Position numbers and translations under genes: made by a program. Below are positions 43,772 to 55,237 of a stretch of DNA of 64,000 nucleotides, in pieces. This DNA comes from Nitrososphaerales archaeon. GTDB lineage: Archaea > Thermoproteota > Nitrososphaeria > Nitrososphaerales > UBA213. The stretch spans positions 64,001 to 128,000 of the forward strand of contig CBDAOC010000019.1 of assembly GCA_965197925.1 (NCBI GenBank), read 5' to 3'. The notes below the pieces were generated by a model. It was not told the DNA's origin. It did not search any database and saw only the letters and a list, made by a program, of their open reading frames with translations. Numbering within the stretch: the first letter of the stretch is position 1; each line of letters opens with the position of its first letter.

Positions 43772-46182
43772 TTGAGTAGTATTGTTGGTATAGGTCTATC
43801 GATTGGTATGTTCCTTGCCATGATTCTGGTAGCAGGTATAGGTAATGTCCATGCAGAGGAGAAGCTGAATACAGCGATCTTCTTGGAAGAGGTTCCTGAA
43901 AAAGTATTTGCTGGGGGAACCATAACGATCAAGGGAATCCTTGTGGTAGAGGATACTGGAGAAGGACTTTCAAAAGTCCATATAACATTAAGAAATGAGA
44001 ATGATTTGACCGGTGGAAATATAATTGCAACAGGATTTACAAATGACGATGGAAGATTTAGTATAAACTGGCATGTTGATTCGAAAGGAGAAGATCTCTT
44101 CGGAGTCTATGCAAATTACATGGGAGGCTCTCTTTATTCTGATTCTCAGAGTGAAAAATATACCATAAAAGTCGAAAGACTTCGTTTGGTAGTCTAGACC
44201 AACAAGAAAGCTTACGATAACGGCGATGACTTGATCATCTTTGGAAAGGGTAGACCTAATGACGATCTTTCTGTTTTTGTGACAACTTCTTTGGACGTGA
44301 CTCTTTTGGGTACCAAGATAACCATCAATGAAACGGGTCAGTTCGAGGCCAATCTTCTGACGTGGGGCGAGTCACACTACAAAGAACCCTCTACCTTATT
44401 CATGTAAGATCTATCAATGATCTTATGTCTTCCGACAGGGTGATGATTTTCCTGAATAAATCTACGTCTGCGCCACCTAATGGTACCCAAACCATCCTAA
44501 CCCTGGAACCTCTTCCTGCCAATGCCACCTATAATGATAATCAACTCTTCACGGGCCAGCTTACAACAGCAACAGGTTTGCCGATCATGGATGCGACCAT
44601 CTTGATAAAGCATAGAAACGAGACAAAAGATAAGGTAATAGCTAGGGGCATAACTTCTGATGGTGGAATATTCATCATCTACTGGAAGGCTCTACAGGTT
44701 GACTCGGACATCTTATCACTTCACGGAGGCTTTGAAGGCGGTAATGGGTTTCTTCCATCAACAAGTGAGGAATTCAACATTACCTTCAAGCCTCGAACCC
44801 TAACAATGGAGCTCAATAAGGTCAAATTTGGACCCAATGATCCCCTGATTGTATCTGGAATAGGCCCGAAGGAAAGGTTGAATATCAAGTTGATCGATCC
44901 CGAGGGCAATCCTGCTGTTACCGATAGCATACTCGTTCCTCCCAACGAAGGTTATGAAAAAACACTTATGCACTGGACCAGGTCCTCTTACTTATTCCCC
45001 GAGGGTCAGTATTCTGTGACGGTTGAGACAGAAAACTCTCCCGTACTTACTGCTTCCATGCCTCTTTATTTCGAAGAACCAAAACCATTATCCCAATACA
45101 AGATAGCAGGCACTATCTTCTATAAGGATCAAGATGGTACTAGACATGCTCTTGAGGGAGCAAAGGTAACTATGACCAGTCCGTATGGAGAGATAGAGTC
45201 CTACACTGATCGCTTTGGATACTACACCTTCAAGGATCTGCATTCAATAGTTGAAAATTTGGGCAAGACATATTCACTTGAAGTTGAGCTTGATGGCAAG
45301 TATTTCAAATTGATAGATGCTACAATCTCACAAGTAGTATCAAAGAGAAGCGGTCCTATCAAGTTTGATGGCAGCCTGCAGGATATATCCCTGGAGCCTA
45401 TATTTTTTTCAGATAAATCAGAAGCAGCAGCCGCAAGAATATTTGCTTTACAGAATGATGTTGTAAGGTTCTATACTGATGTTCTAGGTCTACAACCAAA
45501 GAAGATAGACATCGAGATATTCAGTGAGAAGACACCTAAGGGTAAGTATGGATACGAAACTGATAGAAAGATCCCAAAGATCTGGATAGGCAAGGGAACA
45601 AGCTCTCCTAGAAATCCATACACATGGGACACCCTAACACATGAATATACCCATTATATGCAGGGCCAGTATGCCAGCGTGGATCATTACTATGATATGA
45701 ATCATGGCGGCTTCAGCAATCCAACAACTGCAGATTCAATGGTTGAAGGATTTGCAAATTTCATGTCAGCGATCATCTCCCAACACTACGCGAAGGAGCA
45801 GGCAGGGAAGTTCTTAAAATACGATCTAGAGCACAACTTCAAAGTAGATTCTGTAAAATTTCTCTCAGAGGAGTTGGCGGCAGCTGGCATCTTTTGGGAT
45901 ATTTATGATGAAGGTATGAATGGCGAAGATGGTGATAAAATTTCTCTACCAATTGAGGATATATGGAAAATAATGATTGCAGAATATCAGTTCCCTTCAT
46001 ATCATGAGGACTCTGGATTTGATGCCATGAAGCGCAATGTATACTATCTTAAGGATCTACATTACATCCTTACCAAAGGAGAATATACCATGAAATTGGA
46101 TGAGGGGGTCGTAGAAGAGCTCTTCCGAAGCCATGGATTATTTGATGGCTTTACAGATCCAGAGAGACCGGGTAGAATATAG
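43772..46182 (+). pseudogene. Secreted Ig-like/zincin (HEYTH) protein interrupted by an in-frame TAG and a frameshift
   Basis: Signal peptide; reading continues past TAG 44195-44197 (TNKKAYDNGDDLII..) and then shifts near 44385 into ORF 44362-46182 with HEYTH..EGFA. Confidence 0.7.
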
Positions 46183-46908
46183 AACCAATAGGAATTATAA
46201 TATATGTAAAAGGGTAATAGTATCTTTGGATTTATGTGCAATGGGATTGTAAGTAGTGTTTTCATATATAATAATACGATATTCTGAACTGCAAGGATGT
46301 CTATAGTATGTTCGATGACTCCGGCTATATTAAATAGATTTACATATGAAAATAGAGGTTTGAAATAAAAACCAAAATGAATCCGGCAATTATTGCAGTT
46401 ATTCCCACGTCTATTATATAATCGAATTCCTATACCCCTGTGAGCCTTCCAAAAATCCAATGTGTGAAATGGAAATAATAATTTGTAGGTACAAGCATGC
46501 TATCAGGTCATTCAATATAACAAGGATCATGAAGAAGAAGGTCGACAACAGAAATATGAACAATATGCTATTCAAATTTCTCTCTCCAAAACTGATTTCA
46601 TTACATGTCTTGTATTTCTGAAGTGAATTTTATATATTAAATCTTTTTATTAATAATTCACTGCATACTGACTTGGTTGTATATGATAAGCGGTTTTTAT
46701 GTTGCTCTCTAAATGCAATGTTGTTGCCCAGACTAAGAGATACTAGGGTATTCTTCTATCGTAACAACACATCAATTCTTCTTTTATCTATATATTCATA
46801 CCACTTTTACTACATTGGAGCGATGTATCTTCCACTCAAGTACAAAAAGAGAAATTAAAAAATTTGAGGTAAGTTAAATTCATTAATCTCTATTTACATA
46901 ATTATCAT

Positions 46909-48063
46909 ATGGGACCTAATCATCATTCATTTTTTGCAACATTTATTATAATCATTTTAAGTACCGTTTATCAAACAGCTTTCTCTTCACAGGGAGATCC
47001 TGAAATATTCTTCAACAGATCAGGATATGGTCCTTTTGATGATGTTTATATTGTAATGAGACACCAAAAGTCAAACTCTAATCCTAAAATGATAGAAATA
47101 TTAACCACATACCTTTCCACCCCGTCTATGTTAAAGGATCAGAAACCTGCTCAAGATCTATTGTTCAAGGAAAGGTCAGCAGATAGTGGGGTGTTTGAGG
47201 CCCGCATAAAGTTGACGCCTGACCCTATGCTCTGGCCAGGAGACATCGTTGTTCATCGGGATGATGACCTTATAATCGAATTCAAGACGATAGAAGGTCA
47301 ATTATTCACAGGACGTGCGGACGTTGATTATTATACAAGCGCAGCAATGTTTACAGAACCAACTTACAAAATTTCAGAATCGTCTAGGATAATAGTAATT
47401 GACGTTGATGAAAACCGGAATCCCTACACGTTCGACACCCTGAAGGTCATGGTTTGGTCAAGTACAGACAGGGGAGGATTATCATTAGTGCTGCGTGAGA
47501 CCGGGGCCGAAACTGGAATTTTTGAAGAAGTTATTACCTTCGTATTAGATGAACAAAGCACTAGAACCAGACTGAGGGTTTCTGAAGGTGATACCATAAC
47601 TGTAAAGTATACTGACAGAACACTTCCCCCGCCAGCTGCGTTGAGTGCGAATGGTTTCATGACTATCGAAGTAGAAGAATTATTTGCATCCGCAAAAATT
47701 GGATATTTGACATCCACACTTGAAAGAGCGGTTGCGTCGGAACCAAGAATTGTTGATGAGAAAGGAGAGATTCTCAAGTACGTTCCGGCAGGTCAGCAAC
47801 TGCTTATTCAGGTAGAGATAACTAATAGCCAGAATAGGAAACAACCATTCACATATATAATTCAGATAAAAGATGAATTTGGCTCAACATTGTCACTCTC
47901 TTGGCTAACTGGTGAGCTCCCACAAGCGGAATCGATCACAACAGGACAGTCTTGGATTCCTGATACTAAAGGTCTTTTTTCTGTTGAGGTATTTGTTTGG
48001 AAAAGCATTAATGATCCTCTAGCACTATCACCCGTTCGAAGCATGCAGTTAGCGGTCTCTTAA
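46909..48063 (+). CDS. Thaumarchaeal S-layer-like surface protein
   Basis: Signal peptide, repeated (E/D)(T/S)G.FE motifs, YTDRTLP, C-terminal SLSWLTG...SWIP...FVW.S...P.ALSP. Confidence 0.75.
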   Translation: MGPNHHSFFATFIIIILSTVYQTAFSSQGDPEIFFNRSGYGPFDDVYIVMRHQKSNSNPKMIEILTTYLSTPSMLKDQKPAQDLLFKERSADSGVFEARIKLTPDPMLWPGDIVVHRDDDLIIEFKTIEGQLFTGRADVDYYTSAAMFTEPTYKISESSRIIVIDVDENRNPYTFDTLKVMVWSSTDRGGLSLVLRETGAETGIFEEVITFVLDEQSTRTRLRVSEGDTITVKYTDRTLPPPAALSANGFMTIEVEELFASAKIGYLTSTLERAVASEPRIVDEKGEILKYVPAGQQLLIQVEITNSQNRKQPFTYIIQIKDEFGSTLSLSWLTGELPQAESITTGQSWIPDTKGLFSVEVFVWKSINDPLALSPVRSMQLAVS

Positions 48064-48078
48064 AGGAGGTAAAATTAC

Positions 48079-49110
48079 ATTTCTTACAACAGATCTTTAG
48101 AACGAGGGCATATTTTTCTGATTGTAGGTACTATTCTTTTCATTGGCGGTATTGTTACTACAGGAGTATTTGCTAGTTCATTTGTTCCACACTTCTTGAA
48201 GGAGAGTATCCAAATAACAAAAGGTACAATATTGCCAGAATCATCCACTAGCTCTGCGATCCTTTTAGAAGGGGAAGAGACGAATGTTGCAGTTATTGTG
48301 CACTCTGATCCTTCATCCATTCCGATGATTGTACAGATTAAAGACCCCAAGGGATTTTCTGTTTCTGATTCTAAGTTTAATGGTGAGTTGATCACTACAT
48401 TTAGATCGAAGACCAGTGGAGAATATCTTATTACAGTCACAAACGGTGAAGCTGAATCAGTAAATATCGATAGCGTTTACGCTAAGGTTCCGTTCACAGG
48501 CGGAAACGTTCTACCCGAAGTTCGTGCACTAGGGGGTGTACTGATTGGTACTGGGGTCATGGTCGGAGGTGTTATCGTCCTCATTATAGGCGGAATTATT
48601 CTAGCAAGTGGGCGAGGAAAGGAGGAAATAGACGCTGGTGACTCTGGCGAATTATTTATTGCTAAATGGAGTGATAGGTTTTTCGCTTGGTTGATTGACT
48701 TTGCAATCATAATGATTTTGATGGAAACGATTCTCCATGCTTTCTCTCTTTCATTTTGGTCTGGTGGAGATCCTGCCTCTTGGTTTAGCAGAATAGGGTC
48801 AATGGATTATCTTATTCGAAGCTTAATATTCTTTACATATTGGACATACCTTGAATCAACTAAAAGTCAATCTATTGGTAAGATGATTCTACACTTGAAA
48901 ACAGTAGACATCGCTGGAAAAAGTGCGGGCGTTAGGAATATCGCACTTGCAACCTTCGGCAAATGTTTTATCCTTCCCGTCGACTTGATTCTGGGTTTGT
49001 TGTTCACAAATGAGAAACGACAAAGAATTTTTAACAGGGCAAGTAACACGATCGTGATCAAGGTAAAACAACAGGAAGCTACCAGTAACATATCCTATAC
49101 GAAGGAGTAA
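48079..49110 (+). CDS. RDD-domain membrane protein with N-terminal extracellular domain
   Basis: W.DRFFAWLID, QSIGKM.L.LK.V, RQRIF; the frame is open from 48073, with GGAGGT followed by ATT at 48079. Confidence 0.75.
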   Translation: MSYNRSLERGHIFLIVGTILFIGGIVTTGVFASSFVPHFLKESIQITKGTILPESSTSSAILLEGEETNVAVIVHSDPSSIPMIVQIKDPKGFSVSDSKFNGELITTFRSKTSGEYLITVTNGEAESVNIDSVYAKVPFTGGNVLPEVRALGGVLIGTGVMVGGVIVLIIGGIILASGRGKEEIDAGDSGELFIAKWSDRFFAWLIDFAIIMILMETILHAFSLSFWSGGDPASWFSRIGSMDYLIRSLIFFTYWTYLESTKSQSIGKMILHLKTVDIAGKSAGVRNIALATFGKCFILPVDLILGLLFTNEKRQRIFNRASNTIVIKVKQQEATSNISYTKE

Positions 49111-49815
49111 ACCAAAGGCATGTATAATTTACAATATCGTCAAGAAAAGATATTATTCGCATGTCAAACAAAATAACATATACTTTGATAAACTAGCTTT
49201 GATTCGTCTATGGACTTGTAATTCTCTGTCAAGTTATCTAATAAATCTATTTAATCTTTAGTGAAAATCTTAGTAATAACAAAGAGCTGTGATTCAATTC
49301 CAAGTGCTTTCTCTTTTATCGTATTATGTATTAAATTACCACATTCCTTTACTCATAGGGTAGAAAAATATAAGAAAAAGCTCATCCTCCGAAGTTCTGT
49401 ATTATGCTTCCACATAGCATAACATACAAGGGGTGCCAAATTAGGTGAATTATTGCCGCCGGTATGACTTGTTCCAACGCAATGTTGCGCGTGTTCAACT
49501 CTTCAAATGGTTTGTTTGGTCTTTTAATAGGCTCTCCCCTCTCGCGATTGAAATGGGGTATAGAGAAGAAAAAGATTTTGAACGGTACTATCGCTAATAC
49601 TATAGTCAATACGAAAGTAATCACCAAGTAAAGTAAACATTGCCTGATTGAAGAATTATTAAAATAATATGGTGCGTTTTGGATTAATTAATCAAGTGTG
49701 TATTTTTAATTAATCAAGTGTATATTTTTAGGTTATTTCACTAGAGGCGGGTTAGGAATCAAGCATTTTGATCCCTCATTCGGTTTCCTGCTTTTGCCTT
49801 GGGTATTCTAACCCG

Positions 49816-50313
49816 TTAGATAATCCTGCCCTCCTTCTTTGCTTTGGCGTCTAGCGAAGCTCCAATCGCGGCGCCTATGCTTATTCCTATACCCATTCCG
49901 ATACCCATTCCGATACCCATTCCGATACCTACATTTCCAAGTACAACGCCAAAGACGAGGCCAAAGGAAACGCCAAATACCATGCCTATACTAGTTAGTT
50001 TCCCAACGTTCTCTCCGGTGATGACCAATTTGTGAAGTTTCTGGAGATGTTTTGTCATGGTGTTAATGACCCTTGAGTGGTTTTTGCGCTCTTCTATTGT
50101 CGTAGCTGGATCATCCAGGTTCCTGACAAGCTTTGTGATTTCCCCTCGAAACTGCTGGCATTCATCGCAGCCCATGGAGAAACTGTCGACTCTCTTCGCC
50201 ATTCTGAGAAGAAAATCCAACTTGTACTTCTTGTACGCCTTCTCGCCAAACTTATCCCTGTATCTCCTGATTTCTCCAGCAATCTCATCATACCAATCGG
50301 ACGAATTCGACAA
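49816..50313 (-). CDS. Hypothetical protein with C-terminal glycine-zipper TM (GIGM repeats)
   Basis: CxxC motif, GIGMGIGMGIGMGIG, higher GC than flanks. Confidence 0.6.
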   Translation of the reverse strand: MSNSSDWYDEIAGEIRRYRDKFGEKAYKKYKLDFLLRMAKRVDSFSMGCDECQQFRGEITKLVRNLDDPATTIEERKNHSRVINTMTKHLQKLHKLVITGENVGKLTSIGMVFGVSFGLVFGVVLGNVGIGMGIGMGIGMGIGISIGAAIGASLDAKAKKEGRII

Positions 50314-50812
50314 TATCTGTTCACTCCTCTCTATGTAACCGTTTTTCTTATCATGTTGTGAGAACTCTTCAGTTGTGTCTTGTTAATCGTCTCCAAATAT
50401 AGTTTCCGTAGTCCTACTAACCATTCAGGCATCCTGACCAAAATATTTGGACTAATTTCTGCTGTCAAAATTTCGTTGGCACTATCTTCTCCTTTTCTAT
50501 TTCTGCTTTTATGCCAACCATGTTTCATAGCCGCAATTCAAATTTATTTTTACCGAACTGAACAAATGAACTGACCAAACTTGGAATTCATTTATCTTTA
50601 AATACATCAAATCAAAGTTTCAATTCCTCTCATTATCCTTGATGATGAGATGCAACATCATATGAGATTGGAAGAACAAAACCATCGCATCCATGCAACA
50701 AATGTTGACATGTTCATTGTCGTTCAATGGTGTATAATATGACAACTCCTAGATCAACATTATACTATCTAAGCTTAAGGATATTACATTGCATCTATGG
50801 CTATCGACAAAT

Positions 50813-51202
50813 ATGTCAAACAACAAGTACGAAATAAAGAAGGGTATTCGAAATGGAGCGATTGCAGGACTCATTGCAGGACTGGTGTTAGCGGTTACTA
50901 TGTTTGGTACAAACACTCTGGACCTTCAAGTGCTATTGCCTACCACTCTAATCGTAGGTGCAATATATGGTGTGTTGACATCCAACGATAGTGTTAAACC
51001 AGTAAGAACCAAAGATGCAGTATCATTGGGTGTAATTACTGGATTGGTATCTTTCGCTGTAATAGCAAAGCTAGTATCAATACCATACATGGAATTGCTT
51101 GTGCCATTACTACAGTATGCTCTCTTTGGTGCCATCTTAGGTTGGATGACCTCATTACTGGCTAACAGGGAAGAGAAGCAGAAGATAGGCATCTATGCAT
51201 AA
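50813..51202 (+). CDS. 4-TM hypothetical membrane protein
   Basis: GAIAGLIAG..G.IYG..G.ITG..FGAILG pattern; T-rich terminator-like run downstream. Confidence 0.65.
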   Translation: MSNNKYEIKKGIRNGAIAGLIAGLVLAVTMFGTNTLDLQVLLPTTLIVGAIYGVLTSNDSVKPVRTKDAVSLGVITGLVSFAVIAKLVSIPYMELLVPLLQYALFGAILGWMTSLLANREEKQKIGIYA

Positions 51203-51456
51203 AGAAAGAGCCCGACTCGACTCCATATCTTTCCCTCTTTTTCTTTTTACTAATTCCTTATCATTTAAGATTTGCTTCTGTTATATCATAATTATCCTAG
51301 GCCACACTGCTATATGTGTCAAAGAGTTCGGTAGTTCAGTTGTAAAGCATTGTGATTTTCCAAGAGTCAGTTAGACAACTCTCCTTTTTATTTATAATTT
51401 TGATGTTTTTTATCTTTTGTAAATTCTATTGTCCACTAATTTCTAGTGCAATCCAT

Positions 51457-51545
51457 TTGTGATAGAATAGATACTATCGTATCAAATGGTGTACTTTTAC
51501 CTATAACATACAAATTATATTTATGGAGACGAGATCGGGGGAAAC
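51457..51545 (+). repeat. Degenerate copy of the 3' end of the CPBP gene (about 5240-5333)
   Basis: tactatcgtatcaa..ggtgtactttta..ataacatacaaattatat...agacgagatcggggg shared. Confidence 0.85.
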
Positions 51546-51546
51546 A

Positions 51547-51611
51547 ACTTAGAGCTTATCCGAAAATTAACATCATAGCCTAATTGTTTATACCGAAACA
51601 GATCTAGAATA
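51547..51611 (+). repeat. 65-bp dispersed repeat, probable orphan IS left end (copy 2)
   Basis: Near-identical to 8347-8411. Confidence 0.75.
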
Positions 51612-52292
51612 TACGAAAACGTAAACTAGCCATTTTAAAATTTTGACAAATCTGACGACCATTATATGAATAAAAAATAATGAATGAATCACGCAAGGCA
51701 AGGTCATGATGAACTTTAGCAATTTAATCTGACCAAGTGATTGAATCAGAGCCTTATATAATTGAGTACTTAATGGTAGAACTTATATTGTTGGATTGCC
51801 TGAATCAAAAATTCTCTAGCTTGTTTATCTTCTACATACATATCTATAGATGAATCAGGTTTTGGTTTGAATCTAATACGCTTACAATTAGGATCATCGC
51901 ATTCTTCGCAGTTTGTTCAATATTACTGTTCAATATTACTACCATGCTTACTTCGGCAATGTAGCTAGTTATTCATTCTTCTTCATTCCCAACTTTCATC
52001 TGCACCACCTTTCAAAATCCTGAACTAGAACAAAAAATACTTATACACAATACCAATGCTGACACAGTTCCATTGTCTATAGATTATATTATCCCTGTCC
52101 CCAATCCGACTCCGTCATTATACATGAAATCATATTGTGCAGATGCTACAGCGTTTTTTGGATCGATTTCTTTACGGTAAGCATACGTACCTTTGCATAC
52201 GTCTATATGTCCGCTATAAAGTACATGTTTGTATTCTATATGTCCGTTATAACGGATACCCTTATATATCGGCTATAATTTAGTATTCCTCA

Positions 52293-54045
52293 TTGGTACT
52301 AGGGGGTAGCCAAATTCAAAGATACACTAAATCCTGATCTTGAAAAACAGCTGAGGGAACTTGAGAAGGGGATAGCCAAATTCAAAGATACACTAAATCC
52401 TGATCTTGAAAAACAGCTGAGGGAACTTGAGAAGGGGATAGCCAAATTCAAAGATACACTAAATCCTGATCTTGAAAAACAGCTGAGGGAACTTGAGAAG
52501 GGGATAGCCAAATTCAAAGATACACTAAATCCTGATCTTGAAAAACAGCTGAGGGAACTTGAGAAGGTAACCAAATTCAAAAATGCGCCAAAACTACCGA
52601 GTGACGAGGAGATCCTTAGAATCCTCTATCATCACAATCCTTGGTGGATGAAGAAGCCTATACCGGAAGCCAAACTCAAAGATTTCAAAAGGCGTGACTA
52701 CCACAAACTACTTGAACAATTACAGAATGATAAGATAGTAGCCATAATAGGTGCCAGACAGGTCGGGAAAACGACATTAATATACCAGTTGATCAACGAA
52801 CTAATTTCTAAGACAAATCCACAAAATATTTTCTTTCTGTCTTTAGATGACCCGTATCTTAATGTGACATTTCAAAGTTTGGGGAAGATATTTGATCTGT
52901 ATGCTAGAACCATCATCAAAAAACCACTCGATGAAATTAAGGATCGGGTTTACTTCTTCCTAGATGAAATTCAAGCAATCGATAGGTGGGAGCTCGTGCT
53001 GAAACGTTGGTTTGACCTAGGTTATAAAATCAAGTTTGTTATATCAGGCTCATCAAGTGTTAGCATATTACATGGAACTTCAGAAGCCCTTGTTGGCCGT
53101 ATCAGGCCACAAATTGTTTTACCCATGAAATTTTTGGACTATGTTAGATTCAAGGAGCATGATGAAATTGGTAAAATCGTTAATACGACCAATTGGGATA
53201 TGCGGCGAGCCCTTAGGTATGCCCTAACAGAAAAAGAGCCAGATAATTTTTACGAAATGCTAAGAGAGGAATCCAAGGCTTTAGCAGGTGTAAAAGATAA
53301 AATGCTTGCGCATCTTCAACAATATTTTCTCAAAGGGGGTTATCCGGAGATGGTACCCATTGATGATATAGTTACATGTGCAAAAAATCTTTTGGATTAT
53401 TTGTATTTGACGATATACAAGGATATATTACGAACTAATAAAGTAAGAGATCCCGCAGCACTGGAAAATCTGTTTGCAATATTGGCAAGGGAATCATCAA
53501 ACAGAATCAACCGTACGAAATTAGCAAAAAATCTTGATCTCAAGAGGGAGACTTTGAATACCTACATCTATTTACTGAACAACGCTTTCCTCATCTCTGA
53601 AGCTGAATTTTATTCAAACAGTAGGGTTAAGAGAGCAAGAAGAGAGAAAAAAATGTATGTAAATGATATAGGAATTCGAAACGCAGCTGCATCTACATTT
53701 GACGAACAAATACTAACGAATACAACTGAATTAGGAAAGATCGCTGAAACAGTCATTGCAGATCATACAAGACGACTGCAATTCAACTTGGAACCATCTC
53801 ATGTTCCAAAAATATTCTACTGGCGAGACGTATATGAGGTTGACATGGTGATAGATTTATTCCAGAAATCATTACCAATGGAAATAAAATACAGGGAAAA
53901 TATATCCAATTCAGATTTAAGAGGGCTTGAAGACTTCAATAAGAAATTTAGAACACCGTTATCATTGATGATCACCAAGGATTATCTTGATATGCAGAAT
54001 TCAATCATATTCATACCAGCTTGGCTTTATCTGATTCTATGTTAA
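52293..54045 (+). CDS. AAA_14/DUF4143 ATPase with N-terminal tandem repeats; start frameshifted at a G5 tract
   Basis: NPWW, GARQVGKTT, FFLDEIQ, ISGSS, GGYPE, EVD..MEIKY; the repeat is in frame with ORF 52648-54045. Confidence 0.8.
52307..52581 (+). repeat. 66-bp coding tandem repeat (4 copies plus a partial)
   Basis: GATACACTAAATCC at 52321, 52387, 52453 and 52519; encodes GIAKFKDTLNPDLEKQLRELEK. Confidence 0.97.
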
Positions 54046-54530
54046 ACTCCTAAATTGATGCCGGCCGAACTTTCTAGAGATGCTGATAATTATATAAACT
54101 GCTTTATATTGGTCAAGCATATTATACGATTTAATATGGAAAAAAGGGATTTGGATATGATGGTTGCAGAAGACCTGCAACATATCCCCAAAAGGAGACG
54201 ACATTCAGGGCGAGCTTCGAATGTTGTATAATGCTATAAGACGACATGATCTGACAGTTGGCGATTCGAAAGAGCAGATTTTATCTCATTGTCTTGAAAC
54301 ATTAAAACAAGATATCCCGATCAACAGCCCATTTACGACAGAAGCTTCTTCAGGTTAATTATTGAATAAATTAATTATCTCCCTACAGTTAATCGCTAAT
54401 TTGGGTGACGATTACCTCCCTTAGTTACAAGAACTAAATACAATATCACTTGTAAAGTATGATACAAGTCATATACATTCATTTATGCCTAGCCGCCTCA
54501 TAACTAAAAAAGAGATAGGGTTTGGTTCGC

Positions 54531-54761
54531 TTACCGGTAATCTGCAAATCCACCAAACATGCTAAACAGCGCAAAGAATAATCCCACTGGGAGTATTCCT
54601 ATTACAGTCCAAGCATAGGACTTTGCATTGGCACATGCCCTGACACCGTCGCCCTCTGTTGGGCAAGCGATTGCTCCGTCAATATTGGAGTAGATCAGGA
54701 TACCAATTATGATACCTGTTGCGACCCCAATAAATCCCATTACGAAAGGAAGGTTTATCAT
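54531..54761 (-). CDS. Spindle-shaped-virus major capsid protein candidate
   Basis: 76 aa: hydrophobic helix (GIIIGILIYSNI), Cys-paired loop, second helix (AWTVIGILPVGLFF); motif B upstream and a T-run terminator downstream. Confidence 0.65.
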   Translation of the reverse strand: MINLPFVMGFIGVATGIIIGILIYSNIDGAIACPTEGDGVRACANAKSYAWTVIGILPVGLFFALFSMFGGFADYR

Positions 54762-54792
54762 TTGTGTTTCTGATCGAATTGCCAAAGAGATG

Positions 54793-54806
54793 ATATATTA
54801 AAGAAA
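54793..54806 (-). promoter_or_regulatory. Element motif B
   Basis: Reverse complement of TTTCTTTAATATAT upstream of the capsid-like gene. Confidence 0.7.
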
Positions 54807-54891
54807 ATAATTTAGTATATTAATGAAATTAGTTTTGTCAGTGATTGGTAAAATTCTCCTGTTCATCTTTTTTGTTCCGTAGGAACCTGTT

Positions 54892-54904
54892 AGGTTATGA
54901 CGTT
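54892..54904 (-). promoter_or_regulatory. Element motif A
   Basis: Reverse complement of AACGTCATAACCT. Confidence 0.6.
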
Positions 54905-55237
54905 GAATTTTGTCAATGATGTTATCATGAATTGTTAAAAAATGAGTTGGGAAATTATCACGTTTGTCTGTGCTATTTTCTTTTACCCGTTCATAATTAC
55001 TTCATCACCTTTCTTGTGTATGTCAGGATCTTGTCAGTCATGACGATAGCTATGTCCTGCTTTGTATTTCCTACCTTTCTTACATCGATGACCTCGCATG
55101 TCTATTTGTGTCTCCCGAACATCCTCTCATTGACCGTGCTAATGTACTTTGTACCATCTCTGTGTATGTTGCTAAAATACAGCCCGTGGTTACCGTAAGG
55201 ATTTTTTGTTCACATTGGTTTAAGATGTCGTGTGATG

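Noticed and set aside
44195..44197. Pyrrolysine or amber readthrough
   Set aside because: The same gene also has a frameshift and no pyl genes are seen; decay or sequencing error is simpler
49686..49730. Short tandem duplication (TTAATTAATCAAGTGT.TATTTT)
   Set aside because: Two copies in AT-rich intergenic DNA; likely replication slippage
8347..51611. attL/attR pair defining a 43-kb integrated element
   Set aside because: The interval contains core genes (rps4, rps13, ileS, glmS), there is no integrase or tRNA, and the repeat looks like an IS end
52307..52581. CRISPR array
   Set aside because: Units are identical head-to-tail 66-mers with no unique spacers, are in-frame coding, and no cas genes are present
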